A DNA stretch of 64,000 nucleotides from Alphaproteobacteria bacterium (GTDB lineage Bacteria > Pseudomonadota > Alphaproteobacteria > Rhizobiales > JAKIUO01): the NCBI GenBank assembly GCA_024279115.1, contig JAJRRW010000008.1:29-64028 (forward strand), given 5' to 3'. The notes beneath the pieces were generated by a model. The model did no database searches and was not told the DNA's origin. It was given only the letters and a program-made list of their open reading frames with translations. A program made the position numbers and the translations under genes. Within the stretch, counting starts at the first letter, position 1, and the number at the start of each line of letters is the position of its first letter. Positions 45,393-56,823 of this stretch are shown here, piece after piece.

Positions 45393-46598
45393 TTACATGA
45401 TAATTGAAGATTGTGCCATTATTCGGGTACTATGATCAATTTCAAGCACTTCTTCGACGCTAAGCGGGCTTTTGTCGCCCATTTGGGCCTGAACTGCCTC
45501 GATCACTCGTTCACAAAATGACGAGATTTCCAAAAATGCCAGCTTGCCATCAAGGAACGATTCGACCGCAATTTCGTTCGCAGCATTCATGATTGTTGGC
45601 GTATTTCCCCCTTGGAGCATTGCCTGACGGGCCAGTTTAATGGCTGAAAACCGCGTCTCGTCGGGGCTTTCAAAGGAAAGGCTGGCAATTTTGGCCAGAT
45701 CGAGTTGTTCAACCGGGGTTTTTAAACGCTCTGGCCAGGAAAGGCTGTAGGCGATGGGCGTGCGCATATCTGGTGCCCCCATCTGGGCGATCACAGAGCC
45801 ATCAATATACGACACCATGCTATGAATGATTGATTGTGGATGAATAACAATATCGAGCTGTTCTGCTGCAACCGGGAACAAATACAAGGCTTCAATCAAT
45901 TCCAGCCCCTTGTTCATCATGGTGGCCGAATCAATGGATATTTTGCGGCCCATTGACCAATTGGGGTGTTTGAGCGCCTGCGCCGGGGTGACATGTTGCA
46001 ATTGCTGCAGAGAAAAAGTCCGAAAAGGCCCCCCGGACGCCGTCAGGATAATTTTGTCGATATTTCGTTTTGAACTATCATCCAGCGCTTGAAATATCGC
46101 CGAATGTTCCGAATCAACAGGCAGCAGTTCGGTGTCATATTTATCGACTTCGCGCATAAATAAAGAACCGGCGGCGACCAGACATTCCTTATTGGCCAGC
46201 GCAACGCGGTTGCCAAGTTTAACGGCCGCTAGCGTTGGACGAAGCCCGGCCGCTCCCATTATGCCCGCCATGGTAATATCAACTGGTCTGCTCGCCGCCT
46301 CCACCAGTCCTTGATCGCCAGCTGCCACTATTATACCGGTCCCCGACAGAGCCTTTTTGAGGTCCTGATACAAAGACTGCTGGCCGATGACAGCCATTTA
46401 TGCCTTGAAACGCCGAGCCAGGTCGGCGAGTTGCTCAACATTTTCATTGGCGGTGAGGGCGTCGATCTCATATTTATCTTTGTTACGCGCCACCAGATCC
46501 AGAGTGTTCGATCCTATGGAGCCCGTTGCTCCCAGCACAGTGAGGGTCCTGGGGTACCCTGTCAGATTTTGAGCATGAATGTCGTGCGTGGCGTCCAT
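45393..46598 (-). pseudogene. dxr: 1-deoxy-D-xylulose-5-phosphate reductoisomerase with an in-frame TAA at 46398-46400
   Basis: The upstream piece carries the NADPH motif LTVLGATGSIGSNTLDLV. The downstream piece continues ...ANKECLVAAG...DSEHSAIFQ...NWSMG. Both are in the same frame; the junction reads RRFKA*MAVIGQQ. Confidence 0.9.
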
Positions 46599-47470
46599 CA
46601 CCCTGCCCCGTTCCAGATCAGCAGCGCCTTGCCAGGATTGCTCATATCGAAATAGACAGCAATGAGCGCCGCCACCAGAGCGCCTAACATCAAGCCATCA
46701 ACACGGTCGAACAGACCACCATGCCCCGGGATCAGATTGCTGGCATCCTTGATGTTAAAGTGACGCTTGAAAGCTGATTCAAACAAATCACCGATTTGCG
46801 ACACCACCCCGATCAATAAGGAGACAAAGCCAATGGCCAGCAGCGAAGTATTGCCGATATACGCGCCAAAAAGAGCGCCAGCAAACGCCCCGGCGCTGAC
46901 CCCCCCGATAAAGCCCGACCATGTTTTCTTGGGCGATATACGAGGTGCAAATTTAGGTCCACCAAAGCTTCGGCCCGAAATATAGGCAAAAATATCGACG
47001 GTCCAAACGGTAATGAACAGATAGAGGATGGCATGAAATCCATATTCTGGATCGCCACGCAACCAGATCATGGCAATCACCGGCAGGCCTATATAGGGTA
47101 CGCCAAGCAATGAAATGCCCAAATTCTTGGCTTCCTTATCTGCAGTAAAAACGAATTTCACAGCCGGGCCAATCAACAAAACCAGCAGGGCAACTATATA
47201 TTCGCCAGTGGCAAACAACCCGCACGAAACCAAAACAGCAATGGTGTGGACAACAAGAAGTTCGTCAAAATCGGTGCCGCGCACCATTTTGGCCCATTCC
47301 CAGCACAAGATCGCAGCGCCCAGCGCCACCAACAGCGCAAACGGGATGGCGCCGGACCAGGTAATCACCAATACGATTGTCGCCAGAATGAGTGCCGAGA
47401 TCAGTCTTTGCGTCAAATCTGACCAATTGCTGCTTTGCGTGGACCCGTTATTTTGTTGTTGACCGCTCAC
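46598..47470 (-). CDS. cdsA: phosphatidate cytidylyltransferase
   Basis: Polytopic membrane protein with [30 protein letters not shown] start overlaps the uppS TGA (GTGA). ORF-track upstream extension rejected. Confidence 0.85.
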   Translation of the reverse strand: MSGQQQNNGSTQSSNWSDLTQRLISALILATIVLVITWSGAIPFALLVALGAAILCWEWAKMVRGTDFDELLVVHTIAVLVSCGLFATGEYIVALLVLLIGPAVKFVFTADKEAKNLGISLLGVPYIGLPVIAMIWLRGDPEYGFHAILYLFITVWTVDIFAYISGRSFGGPKFAPRISPKKTWSGFIGGVSAGAFAGALFGAYIGNTSLLAIGFVSLLIGVVSQIGDLFESAFKRHFNIKDASNLIPGHGGLFDRVDGLMLGALVAALIAVYFDMSNPGKALLIWNGAG

Positions 47471-48225
47471 CCTGCTGACCTCGCTTTTAGACCACCGAAC
47501 CTTCGCTCGCGATTTCGATATTCCGTGAGCGCCGAGGCAAAAACCTCGCTGGTGAAATCGGGCCAATAAGTATCGAGAAACACCAGCTCTGAATAGGCAC
47601 ATTGCCAAAGCAGAAAATTGCTGAGGCGCAGCTCTCCGCTTGTTCTGATCAACAAATCAGGATTAGGCAGACCGGCGGTATCCAGGTGATCTTCAAGAAG
47701 CTGCGAGGTAATATCGCTTGCCTGCAATTCTCCACGCTCGACTTTACTGGCCAGACGAACCGCAGCCCGGGTAATTTCATTTCGCGAACCGTAATTAAAG
47801 GCAAGCGTCAAAACAAGGCGGGTGTTTTGCTCGGTCAATGTTTGCGCCTCATCCAGCAGTTTCAAAATATCGTCTGCGACGCCCTCCCGGGCCCCGATAA
47901 CGCGTATTTTGACGCCTTCTTTATGAATCTTGGCCAGATCACGGCGGATGAAAAATTTCAGCAACTGCATCAAGTCGGCGACTTCCTGGTGAGGCCGCGA
48001 CCAGTTTTCGGAGGAAAAGCTGAACAATGTCAGGTAGGAAATCCCCGTGTCGCAGGCATATCGAACAGCCGCTCGAACGCTCTCAATACCCTGTCGATGG
48101 CCTGCATAGCGCATTAAACCGCGTGCTGCAGCCCAACGCCCATTGCCATCCATAATGATGCCAACATGACAAGGCACCTCGCTCACAGGTTCCCTCCAGC
48201 CTTTGTTGTTTTCCAGAGTGGTCAT
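47467..48225 (-). CDS. uppS: undecaprenyl diphosphate synthase
   Basis: [19 protein letters not shown] and [16 protein letters not shown] motifs. Confidence 0.95.
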   Translation of the reverse strand: MTTLENNKGWREPVSEVPCHVGIIMDGNGRWAAARGLMRYAGHRQGIESVRAAVRYACDTGISYLTLFSFSSENWSRPHQEVADLMQLLKFFIRRDLAKIHKEGVKIRVIGAREGVADDILKLLDEAQTLTEQNTRLVLTLAFNYGSRNEITRAAVRLASKVERGELQASDITSQLLEDHLDTAGLPNPDLLIRTSGELRLSNFLLWQCAYSELVFLDTYWPDFTSEVFASALTEYRNRERRFGGLKARSAG

Positions 48226-48343
48226 CTACGCCCGTTTCGTCAAATTGGAAATCAAGTAACGGCACGAGCCGATGATCGCGCCAAATCCGAGTACTATATG
48301 TAACCCAAAAGCGTTTTGCAGAATAGAACAGAATGGAAAGAAA

Positions 48344-48904
48344 CTAGACCTGCATAATTTCCTGTTCTTTATTTTGCAGCAGCTCGTCGATCTCTTTGAT
48401 CACACCATCTGTGATTTTTTGTACTTCTTCGCCATGGTCATGATGCAGATCCTTGCCGATCTCGCCCTCTTTTTCCATGATCTTCAACTGCTCCATGCCG
48501 TCTCGGCGCACATTCCGTACAGCAATACGTGCATGCTCGCTATATTTGGCCGCCACCTTGGTCAGTTCAACACGGCGCTCTTCATTGAGTTCTGGGATAG
48601 GAATGCGGATCATCTGACCATCTATCATCGGATTAAGGCCAAGATCTGATTCGCGAATGGCTTTTTCAACGGACTGCACCTGCCCTTTGTCCCAGACCTG
48701 TACCGCCAACATTCGTGATTCGGGAACAGAAATATTGGCCACCTGGTTGATCGGCATCGGCGTGCCATAGGCATCCACCGTGATCGGATCAAGCAAAGAG
48801 GTGCTGGCTCTACCGGTTCGCAAGCCGCCGAACTCCGTTTTAAGGACATTGTAGGCCCCCTGCATACGACGTTCGAGATCTTTAAGATCAAAGCTTGCGG
48901 TCAT
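48344..48904 (-). CDS. frr: ribosome recycling factor
   Basis: 186 aa; GLRTGRAS...LD.I.V.AYG and LTEERR-like motifs. Confidence 0.95.
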   Translation of the reverse strand: MTASFDLKDLERRMQGAYNVLKTEFGGLRTGRASTSLLDPITVDAYGTPMPINQVANISVPESRMLAVQVWDKGQVQSVEKAIRESDLGLNPMIDGQMIRIPIPELNEERRVELTKVAAKYSEHARIAVRNVRRDGMEQLKIMEKEGEIGKDLHHDHGEEVQKITDGVIKEIDELLQNKEQEIMQV

Positions 48905-49112
48905 TATATTCTCTCCTAAAGTGGAATTTTAGCTGATAGCGCGGATCGGGCTCCAACGCCCGCCGCGATCACTCGTAAAATGGCTGGCTGGTCAACCTGA
49001 CCGCTCCAGCATGGCACAGCTTTCAGGTATAGGCCGCTCGCAAAATTCATTCAACCTCCAGAGCATACTTTTTGAGAGGCTCCGATCATCGATTTAGTTT
49101 GGGGGATCAGCC

Positions 49113-49844
49113 CTAACTGGAATATACAATGGTGTGTTTGAGCTCTCCGCGCAAAACCCTAGAAATATTGCCCTGTTCGGCCAATGAAAAAATCATCACC
49201 GGCAGCTCATTGTCACGCGCCAGGGCAATCGCCGCTCCATCCATCACCTGCAGGTTGCGCGCCAGCACGTCACTATAGCTTAGATTATCATAACGCTTGG
49301 CATCGGGATTGGTTTTGGGATCAGCCGAATAGATGCCATCAACCTGTGTCGCCTTGGCCAAACCATCACATTGCATCTCAATGGCCCGCAATGCTGCGGC
49401 GGTATCGGTTGTAAAAAACGGATTACCGGTGCCGGCTGCAAAAATCACTACGCGCCCTTTGGACAGATGCCGAATCGCTTTTTGACGTATAAAGGGTTCG
49501 CAAACACTAGGCATGGGAATGGACGACAGGACGCGAGCGGGAATATTCTGGCGCTCCAGCGCATTTTGCAGTGCCAGAGCATTCATGACCGTTGCCAACA
49601 TGCCCATATAATCACCATTGGCGCGGTCCATACCAGCAGCAGCGCCCGCCATGCCCCGGTAAATATTGCCACCACCAACCACCACCGCAAGCTGCGTTCC
49701 TTGCGACACGGCATCGCCAATATCGCTGGCAAACCGATCGACAGTGGCCACATCAATCCCATAATCAAGATCGCCCATCAAGGCTTCGCCCGACAATTTC
49801 AAAAGCACCCGCTTCCAATATGTCACCGCTTTGGCTTTTGTCAT
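49113..49844 (-). CDS. pyrH: UMP kinase
   Basis: [23 protein letters not shown] and [17 protein letters not shown] motifs. Confidence 0.95.
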   Translation of the reverse strand: MTKAKAVTYWKRVLLKLSGEALMGDLDYGIDVATVDRFASDIGDAVSQGTQLAVVVGGGNIYRGMAGAAAGMDRANGDYMGMLATVMNALALQNALERQNIPARVLSSIPMPSVCEPFIRQKAIRHLSKGRVVIFAAGTGNPFFTTDTAAALRAIEMQCDGLAKATQVDGIYSADPKTNPDAKRYDNLSYSDVLARNLQVMDGAAIALARDNELPVMIFSLAEQGNISRVLRGELKHTIVYSS

Positions 49845-49908
49845 GGTGGGAAGCTCCTTTGAATGAGTTGAGGGTTGAATATATCTATGAAATTGAAAAA
49901 ACAGACAA

Positions 49909-49943
49909 CAAAAAAGGCCGCTTCAGTCAAATGAAACGGCCTC
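49909..49943 (-). terminator. rho-independent terminator after tsf
   Basis: On the minus strand: AGGCCGTTTCA, loop tttgac, TGAAGCGGCCT (one U-G pair), followed by TTTTT. Starts 17 nt after the tsf stop. Confidence 0.55.
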
Positions 49944-49958
49944 GTTTGGATATAAACT

Positions 49959-50888
49959 CTAGCTGCTGCCAACAGCAGCGGCAACTTCCGCCGCGAAATC
50001 TTCTTCTTTTTTCTCGATGCCCTCACCAAGAGCAAAGCGTTCAAAGGACACCAGCTTGATCGGTGCACCAACACTGTCCTCGGCCTCCTTGAGCGCTTTT
50101 TCAACGGTCAGGTCAGGATTGATGACGAAGCTTTGCGAGAGCAACACCACTTCCTGGAAAAATTTATGCATACGGCCATCAACCATTTTTTCGATGATAT
50201 TGTCGGGCTTGCCAGACTCTTTGGCCTCGTCAATCAAAATGCCACGTTCCTTGGCTACCACGTCTGGATCAAGCTCATCCTTGCTCAGGGACAAAGGAGA
50301 GGTCGCCGCCACATGCATGGCGATCTGCTTGCCAATCGCTTCAAGTTTCGCGGCATCTCCCTCTGATTCCAAAGCAACCAGCACGCCGATTTTACCAAGG
50401 CCATCGGCAATTGCATTATGAACATAAGAGGCTACAATGCCGTTCTCGACGCTCAAGGCACCAGAGCGACGCAGCGACATATTCTCGCCAATCGTGCCGA
50501 CCATCTCTTTGATAAATTCGGTCACTGTTTTGTCAGACCCCTCAAAAGGGGCTTTTGACAATTTGTCGAAATCACCATCGACATCATTGGCGATTTTGGC
50601 CACGGACCGTACCATGGCCTGAAAGTCATCATTGCGAGCCACGAAATCTGTTTCAGAATTGACTTCAACCAGGGCAGCGCTGTTACCATCAGAAATGACG
50701 CCGACAAGACCTTCCGCCGCGATACGGCTGGATTTTTTGTCCGCTTTGGCAATGCCTTTGGTGCGTAGCCAGTCGATGCTTGCCTCTATATCACCATCAT
50801 TTTCTTGAAGGGCCGCTTTGCAATCCATCATGCCTGCACCCGTTTTTTCGCGCAGTTCCTTGATCAATCCCGCTGTAATCGTCGCCAT
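49959..50888 (-). CDS. tsf: elongation factor Ts
   Basis: [30 protein letters not shown]-like N-terminus. 309 aa. Confidence 0.95.
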   Translation of the reverse strand: MATITAGLIKELREKTGAGMMDCKAALQENDGDIEASIDWLRTKGIAKADKKSSRIAAEGLVGVISDGNSAALVEVNSETDFVARNDDFQAMVRSVAKIANDVDGDFDKLSKAPFEGSDKTVTEFIKEMVGTIGENMSLRRSGALSVENGIVASYVHNAIADGLGKIGVLVALESEGDAAKLEAIGKQIAMHVAATSPLSLSKDELDPDVVAKERGILIDEAKESGKPDNIIEKMVDGRMHKFFQEVVLLSQSFVINPDLTVEKALKEAEDSVGAPIKLVSFERFALGEGIEKKEEDFAAEVAAAVGSS

Positions 50889-51004
50889 GATAAACTCTCC
50901 AATCATCCCCAATTAAAAATATAACCGCAAAAGCCCGATCGCCAGAGACAAAATGTCGGTACGATCGGGACTTGTGAGGTTTCGTGGTCAAGAAGCCGCC
51001 TTGT

Positions 51005-52147
51005 TTATTTGGCGGCTGCCTCACCAAGCTTTGCGGCCTGTTCAAGCCAGCCATCTCTGTCAATGCGTCCTTTGAAATCAAGCACATCATCAACCGCAGA
51101 AATATCTATCTTCGTGAAGGCAGCAATCTGGCGATAGTGAAAAATGCCGATACCATTCAGCTTTTTTTCCAGAACAGGGCCGACACCAGAAATCATTTTA
51201 AGATCATCGGCGTCGCCATCTGGTGCCTTCATAGGCTCATAATCTGTCTTGCCGAGCTCTTTTGTTTTCTTTTCTTCATTGTCGTCAACCTTGGCAGCGG
51301 TTTTCTCAGCCGGCGCCTCGGTTTTGGCTTCAGCTTCAGCCTTTGGCTCAGTTTTGGCCTTTGCAGCTTTTTCTTCTTTGGCCGCTGGTTCGCCAGCAAG
51401 TGCTGGTTCTTCAAACACAGGGTCGGCAGACGCGCCAAGATCTTTGCCCGTTGAGACTTGCGAGCGCTCAATGCCATCAATCACTGCCCGCGAGATGAGA
51501 TCGCAATAAAGCCCAATGGCCCGTCCTGCATCATCGTTTCCAGGGATTGGATAATCGGCAACATCGGGATCGCAATTACTGTCGATCACGGCGATCACAG
51601 GTATTTTCAGCGTGCGCGCCTCGGCAAGTGCCAAAGATTCGCGGTTGGTATCAACGATAAACAGCAAATCGGGTACGCCGCCCATATCCTTGATGCCGCC
51701 AAGAGCACGATCAAGCTTGTTACGCTCTCTGGTCATTTTCAAAAGTTCTTTTTTGGTCTGTCCGGCACCGTCACCAGCCAGCAAACCTTCAATCTTTTTC
51801 AAACGACGGATCGAATTGGAAACTGTTTTCCAATTGGTCAATGTACCACCGAGCCAACGATGATTGATGTAATATTGTGCACAACGCGCGGCACTATCAG
51901 CGATTTCATCTGATGCCTGGCGTTTGGTGCCAACGAACAAGACGCGTCCGCCACCCGCTACAACGTCAGAAACCTTGACGAGTGCCTGATGAAGCAAGGG
52001 AACGGTCTGTGAAAGATCGAGAATGTGAATACTGTTGCGCGCCCCAAAGATATAGGGACCCATGTTAGGGTTCCACAGATGGGGTTGATGTCCAAAGTGG
52101 ACACCAGCTTCAAGTAGCTGGCGCATGGAAAATTCTGGCAAAGCCAT
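51005..52147 (-). CDS. rpsB: 30S ribosomal protein S2 with an atypical ~120-aa C-terminal extension
   Basis: The S2 core ([21 protein letters not shown]...GGTLTNW...VIDSNCDPD) is followed in the same ORF by an Ala/Glu/Lys/Pro linker and the module [31 protein letters not shown]...[17 protein letters not shown]. Confidence 0.9.
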   Translation of the reverse strand: MALPEFSMRQLLEAGVHFGHQPHLWNPNMGPYIFGARNSIHILDLSQTVPLLHQALVKVSDVVAGGGRVLFVGTKRQASDEIADSAARCAQYYINHRWLGGTLTNWKTVSNSIRRLKKIEGLLAGDGAGQTKKELLKMTRERNKLDRALGGIKDMGGVPDLLFIVDTNRESLALAEARTLKIPVIAVIDSNCDPDVADYPIPGNDDAGRAIGLYCDLISRAVIDGIERSQVSTGKDLGASADPVFEEPALAGEPAAKEEKAAKAKTEPKAEAEAKTEAPAEKTAAKVDDNEEKKTKELGKTDYEPMKAPDGDADDLKMISGVGPVLEKKLNGIGIFHYRQIAAFTKIDISAVDDVLDFKGRIDRDGWLEQAAKLGEAAAK

Positions 52148-52289
52148 GAAAGTCGTCTCCTGTTTGTCCGGTTGGTCCTCCGCGAAAGCAAAAGACACTG
52201 GAAAATCCAGTGCCACCGGTCAGGTTCCAAAGCCACTGCAAGAGTGGACAGCAAAACCTAGCATTTGTTTCGCGTGTGTGATGAAGCGG

Positions 52290-52318
52290 TTTATACGGCC
52301 GCTATGGGGATATTGCAA
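52290..52318 (-). promoter_or_regulatory. candidate sigma70-type promoter of rpsB-tsf
   Basis: On the minus strand: TTGCAA, 17 nt, TATAAA. Implies a leader of about 135 nt before the rpsB ATG. Confidence 0.35.
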
Positions 52319-52389
52319 GCCCTCAATGGGATGACAGGCGCTTTTTGCCTCCAAAACAGCGCCGAACGGCAGTTCAAGGGCAAATTAAC

Positions 52390-55300
52390 CTAAATCTCCG
52401 TCAATTCACATACGCCAGCCAGCACTCTAAGCTCGCTTATCTGCATTGGCGAGGTATCAATGCCGCGCTGTATGGGCATAATCACATCTTTGCTCATATT
52501 ATCCAGCCGCAGCACCAGCCGCAGCTTGCCATTGCCGCCTTTTGAAACTCTTTGGGCAATCTCTTGCAGCGCTTCGGGCTTGTTAATCACCAATTGCACC
52601 CCTTTTTTGCTGCGCCCGCCTGCCTGATCAAGGGCTTCTGCCGATAGCAGGCGCAAGCGAAGATTGTCGCTGTCTGGATCAGCCGAAACGCGCAACAAGA
52701 CGACTGTACCTGGTTGCAACAGCTCGCGCGTTGCCTCAAGGGTTTCAGAAAACATCACCATTTCAAATTGTGTCCCGGCATCCGAAAAGGCGGCAAAAGC
52801 AAATTTATTACCCTTCTTGGAGCGGCGTTCCTGCAAATAGGACACCACGCCAGCAAGCGTTCCTGCAATCCCCGTATCGGGGCGACGCTCCCCCCGCCGG
52901 AACGGGATCAGGTTATCCTTGGCTTTTTTCGCCTCTTTGACCTTGTTGCGCTGCACCTGCTCTTCCAGGCTAAGTTCGCAATTACGAGGCTCGGGCGGCT
53001 CAACAGGTTCTGCGGCCTTTTTGTCTCTTAAAACCTGCTTTTGCCGTTCAACCCGATCGACAAAATCGCCATAGCTCTCAACGTTTAACGAGGCGAGCAA
53101 TTCGCCATATTCATCAAGCGGATGACCAGAGAGGTAAAACCCGACGGCATCAGCTTCCTTGTTGAGAATTTCCCGTGGCACCCATAATTGCACATCGCGT
53201 AGTTTCAACTCGGGAACCACATCCCCGCCCCCAAACAAAGACGTCTGACCGCTATTTTGATCCGATGCGGCGCGATTGGCGCTGGCCATGATTGAATTGA
53301 CATTGCCATACACAGTCGCCCGCTCGACGCCAAATTCAGAAAAAGCATCAGCGGCAGCAAGCATTTCCAGCGTGCGCTTGTTAATCAGTTTTGGATCGAC
53401 GCGATTGGCAAAATCGGCCAAATCCTTGAACGGACCGTTTTCATCACGCTCCGCGGTCAATTGTTCCATCGCCTCCGCCCCGACATTTTTCAAAGCGGCC
53501 AGGGAATATCTGATGCCCTTCTTGCCAGATGCCGTTTGCTGGGGAATAAATTCGGCTGCCGATTTATTAATCGACGGCGGCAGCATCTCGATCTTCATGG
53601 CGCGGGTTTCTTCAAAAAACAATTTGACCTTATCCGTATTGCCCTGATCAAGGGTCATGATAGCGGCCATAAACTCGATGGGATAATTGGCTTTGAGATA
53701 AGCCGTTTGATAGGCCAGCAGCGCATAGGCTGCCGCATGGGATTTGTTAAAACCATAACTCGCAAATTTGGCCAGCAGATCAAAAATCGTTTCCGCATTT
53801 TTTTTGGTGACACCGCGTTCGAACGCCCCGTTGACAAAGCTTGGACGCTGCATATCCATTTCGGCGGCGATTTTCTTACCCATGGCGCGGCGCAGCAAAT
53901 CAGCTTCCCCAAGCGAGTAGCCCGCCAGTTCCTGGGCGATTTGCATCACCTGCTCTTGATAGATGATGACGCCATAGGTTTCATTGAGCATGGGTGCCAG
54001 CTTGTCATCTATATAGACAATCTCCTCGCGCCCGAATTTGCGCTCGATATAGGTGGGAATATTGTCCATGGGACCGGGGCGATAGAGCGACACCATGGCG
54101 ATAATATCTTCGAACCGGTCAGGCTTGAGCTGTTTGAGGCTTTCGCGCATGCCGGTGCTTTCCAGCTGGAACACCCCGATGGTATCGCCTCTGGCCAGCA
54201 ATTCATAGGCGGCTGGATCATCCAGCGTGTCGCCCGTAAAGTCCACATGCCCACCGCCCTGCTTGATAAATTGCAACGCCTTTTGAATAACCGTGAGGGT
54301 TTTAAGGCCCAGAAAATCAAATTTCACCAGCCCCGCTGGCTCTACCCATTTCATGTTAAACTGGGTGACGGGAATATCGGAGCGCGGATCGCGGTAAAGC
54401 GGCACCAGCTCATCTAGGGAGCGATCACCGATAACGACGCCGGCCGCATGGGTCGAGGCGTGGCGGTACAGCCCTTCAAGGCGCTTGGATATATTCAACA
54501 GATTACGCACAACCGGCTCTTCTTGCGCCGCCTCCTCAATCTTTGGTTCTTCGTCCATGGCCTCGGCAAGGGAAATACCAATCGTATTGGGAATGAGCTT
54601 GGACAGACGGTCCACCTGCCCATACGGCATCTGCAACACGCGGCCCACGTCGCGGATCACCGCCTTGGCCTGCAATTTTCCAAAGGTAATGATCTGCGCC
54701 ACCCGGTCTGCGCCATATTTTTCTTGCACATAGGTGATCACTTCATCCCGGCGATCCTGACAAAAATCAATATCAAAATCTGGCATGGAGACACGTTCGG
54801 GATTGAGAAACCGCTCAAACAACAGGCCAAAGCGCAACGGGTCCAGATCGGTTATGGATAGCACCCAGGCGACAACAGACCCAGCCCCCGACCCACGTCC
54901 CGGGCCCACCGGAATATCCATTTCCTTGGACCATTTGATGAAATCGGCAACAATCAGAAAATAACCGGGAAATTTCATGCGCGTGATGATGCCAAGCTCA
55001 TAATCGAGACGATCCCAATAGTTTTTTTCCTCATAGCCCTTGGCGATGCCGTCCCCCTCCAGGCGTTTTTTGAGTCCCTCGCGGGCCTGACGCTCCAGCT
55101 CGGCGGCTTCAATTTTTTCCTGCTGCTCGGGTGTTGCATCCTCACCGCCGCCAAAGCGCGGCAGGATTGGATCGCGCAACAAAGGACGATAGGAACATCT
55201 TCTGGCAATGATCTCGGTATTCTCTATGGCCTCTGGCAAATCGGCGAACAGGGTTTTCATTTCCCCCGCATCCTTGAAATAGTGCTCGGGTGTCAGGCGG

Positions 55301-56058
55301 CGGCGTTCATCCACAACCACATAACTGCCATCGGCAATACAGATCAGCGCATCATGGGCTTCATAATCGTCGCGGGTCGGGAAATAGCATTGATTGGTAG
55401 CAACGATGGGCAATGACAAATCATAGGCCAGCTCGGTCAATAGGGGCTCGACCTGTTTTTCGCTGGCAAGCCCATGGCGCTGCAACTCGACATAAAGATG
55501 ATCGGGGGCCATGGATTTAAGGCGCTCCATCATCAACCGGGCTCGTTCACCAGCCCCCTCGCGCAAAGCAAGGTCGATCACTCCATCGGGACCACCGGTC
55601 AAAATGATCAGTCCCTCAATATGTTTTTCCAAGGTGGAACAAAGAACAAGCGGCTCATCCAAACCATTGTCGTCCAGATAGGCATTGCTGACAATTTTGA
55701 GGAGATTGTCATAGCCGGTTTCGTTCTTGGCAATCAGCACCAGATCGCCCTGTTTGGCAGACGTGACAGCGTTTTTGCCCACCGGCGCTTTTGCCGTTGT
55801 GGTCCCGTCATCATCACCACCAATTGCCTCGAACAAAAAGGACAGCGTACAGCCGATGAGCGGCTGCAATCCCTGTGCTGCCATGGTTTGGGAAAATTCA
55901 AGAGCGCCAAACAGATTATTGCGGTCGGTGACGGCCAGCGCTGGCATCTGGTATTTGTCTGCTGTTTTCACCAACTGCTTGATGGGCAGAGCGCCTTCGG
56001 CCAGCGAATAGGCAGAATGAACGCGCAAATGGATAAAATCTGGTTGATCACCGCTCAT
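52390..56058 (-). CDS. dnaE: DNA polymerase III subunit alpha
   Basis: PHP domain (FIHLRVHSAYSLAEGA), palm/fingers (PDFDIDF, FNKSHAAAYA), C-terminal OB fold. 1222 aa. Confidence 0.95.
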   Translation of the reverse strand: MSGDQPDFIHLRVHSAYSLAEGALPIKQLVKTADKYQMPALAVTDRNNLFGALEFSQTMAAQGLQPLIGCTLSFLFEAIGGDDDGTTTAKAPVGKNAVTSAKQGDLVLIAKNETGYDNLLKIVSNAYLDDNGLDEPLVLCSTLEKHIEGLIILTGGPDGVIDLALREGAGERARLMMERLKSMAPDHLYVELQRHGLASEKQVEPLLTELAYDLSLPIVATNQCYFPTRDDYEAHDALICIADGSYVVVDERRRLTPEHYFKDAGEMKTLFADLPEAIENTEIIARRCSYRPLLRDPILPRFGGGEDATPEQQEKIEAAELERQAREGLKKRLEGDGIAKGYEEKNYWDRLDYELGIITRMKFPGYFLIVADFIKWSKEMDIPVGPGRGSGAGSVVAWVLSITDLDPLRFGLLFERFLNPERVSMPDFDIDFCQDRRDEVITYVQEKYGADRVAQIITFGKLQAKAVIRDVGRVLQMPYGQVDRLSKLIPNTIGISLAEAMDEEPKIEEAAQEEPVVRNLLNISKRLEGLYRHASTHAAGVVIGDRSLDELVPLYRDPRSDIPVTQFNMKWVEPAGLVKFDFLGLKTLTVIQKALQFIKQGGGHVDFTGDTLDDPAAYELLARGDTIGVFQLESTGMRESLKQLKPDRFEDIIAMVSLYRPGPMDNIPTYIERKFGREEIVYIDDKLAPMLNETYGVIIYQEQVMQIAQELAGYSLGEADLLRRAMGKKIAAEMDMQRPSFVNGAFERGVTKKNAETIFDLLAKFASYGFNKSHAAAYALLAYQTAYLKANYPIEFMAAIMTLDQGNTDKVKLFFEETRAMKIEMLPPSINKSAAEFIPQQTASGKKGIRYSLAALKNVGAEAMEQLTAERDENGPFKDLADFANRVDPKLINKRTLEMLAAADAFSEFGVERATVYGNVNSIMASANRAASDQNSGQTSLFGGGDVVPELKLRDVQLWVPREILNKEADAVGFYLSGHPLDEYGELLASLNVESYGDFVDRVERQKQVLRDKKAAEPVEPPEPRNCELSLEEQVQRNKVKEAKKAKDNLIPFRRGERRPDTGIAGTLAGVVSYLQERRSKKGNKFAFAAFSDAGTQFEMVMFSETLEATRELLQPGTVVLLRVSADPDSDNLRLRLLSAEALDQAGGRSKKGVQLVINKPEALQEIAQRVSKGGNGKLRLVLRLDNMSKDVIMPIQRGIDTSPMQISELRVLAGVCELTEI

Positions 56059-56073
56059 GGCTCTGGCCCTCTT

Positions 56074-56823
56074 TTAAAGCGCGTCTTTGCTTACTTCAAT
56101 CAGCTTGCCATCTTCAAGGCGCAAAATACGATCCATGCGCTCGGCAATTTCCATATTATGTGTGGCCATGATCGCACATAGTCCGGTTGTACGCACCAGT
56201 CCCAATAGCTGCTCGAACACCCGATCGGCGGTTTGTGGATCAAGATTTCCTGTTGGCTCGTCAGCCAGCAATATTTTGGGTCGATTGGCCACAGCGCGGG
56301 CAATGGCAACGCGTTGCTGCTCTCCCCCCGAAAGCTCGGCCGGTCGATGAACACCGCGATCTCCCAGCCCCAGAGAGGTCAATAATTCCATGGCTCTTGT
56401 GGTCGCGTCGCGCTTGGATACGCCACGGATCAACTGCGGAATAACCACATTTTCAATAGCTGTAAATTCAGGTAGCAATTGATGAAACTGATAGACAAAA
56501 CCGATCGTCGACCGACGCAGCATGGTGCGTTCTTGATCATTCAACTCCACGCAATCGCGCCCTTCAAGCACAACCTGGCCAGAATGGGGGCGATCAAGCA
56601 GGCCAATAATGTGCAAAAGTGTGGATTTCCCGGCCCCCGATGGTCCCACCAAAGCCACAGCCTCGCCGGTCATCAGATCGGCACTGGCGCCTTTGAGTAC
56701 CTCGATACTGCGCTGGCCCTGCGCATAAGTAAGCTCCAGCTTTTGCAGCTTCATTAGCAAGGTCTGTTTCAGCTCTGCGCCCGGCGTATTGTCGCTCATC
56801 ATGTCTGGCTTGGTCCTATTCAT
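56074..56823 (-). CDS. lolD: lipoprotein-releasing ABC transporter ATP-binding protein LolD
   Basis: Walker A GPSGAGKST, signature LSGGEQQRVAIARA, Walker B ILLADEPT. Start is ATG 56823 (overlapping the permease stop) or ATG 56802. Confidence 0.85.
   Translation of the reverse strand: MNRTKPDMMSDNTPGAELKQTLLMKLQKLELTYAQGQRSIEVLKGASADLMTGEAVALVGPSGAGKSTLLHIIGLLDRPHSGQVVLEGRDCVELNDQERTMLRRSTIGFVYQFHQLLPEFTAIENVVIPQLIRGVSKRDATTRAMELLTSLGLGDRGVHRPAELSGGEQQRVAIARAVANRPKILLADEPTGNLDPQTADRVFEQLLGLVRTTGLCAIMATHNMEIAERMDRILRLEDGKLIEVSKDAL

Noticed and set aside
52876-53043. Charged insertion of about 55 aa (QKQVLRDKKAAEPVEPPEPRN...KEAKKAKDNLIPFRRGERRPD) before the OB fold of DnaE, making it 1222 aa.
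   Set aside because: Linker lengths in this part of DnaE vary between lineages. Without an alignment I cannot say it is unusual.
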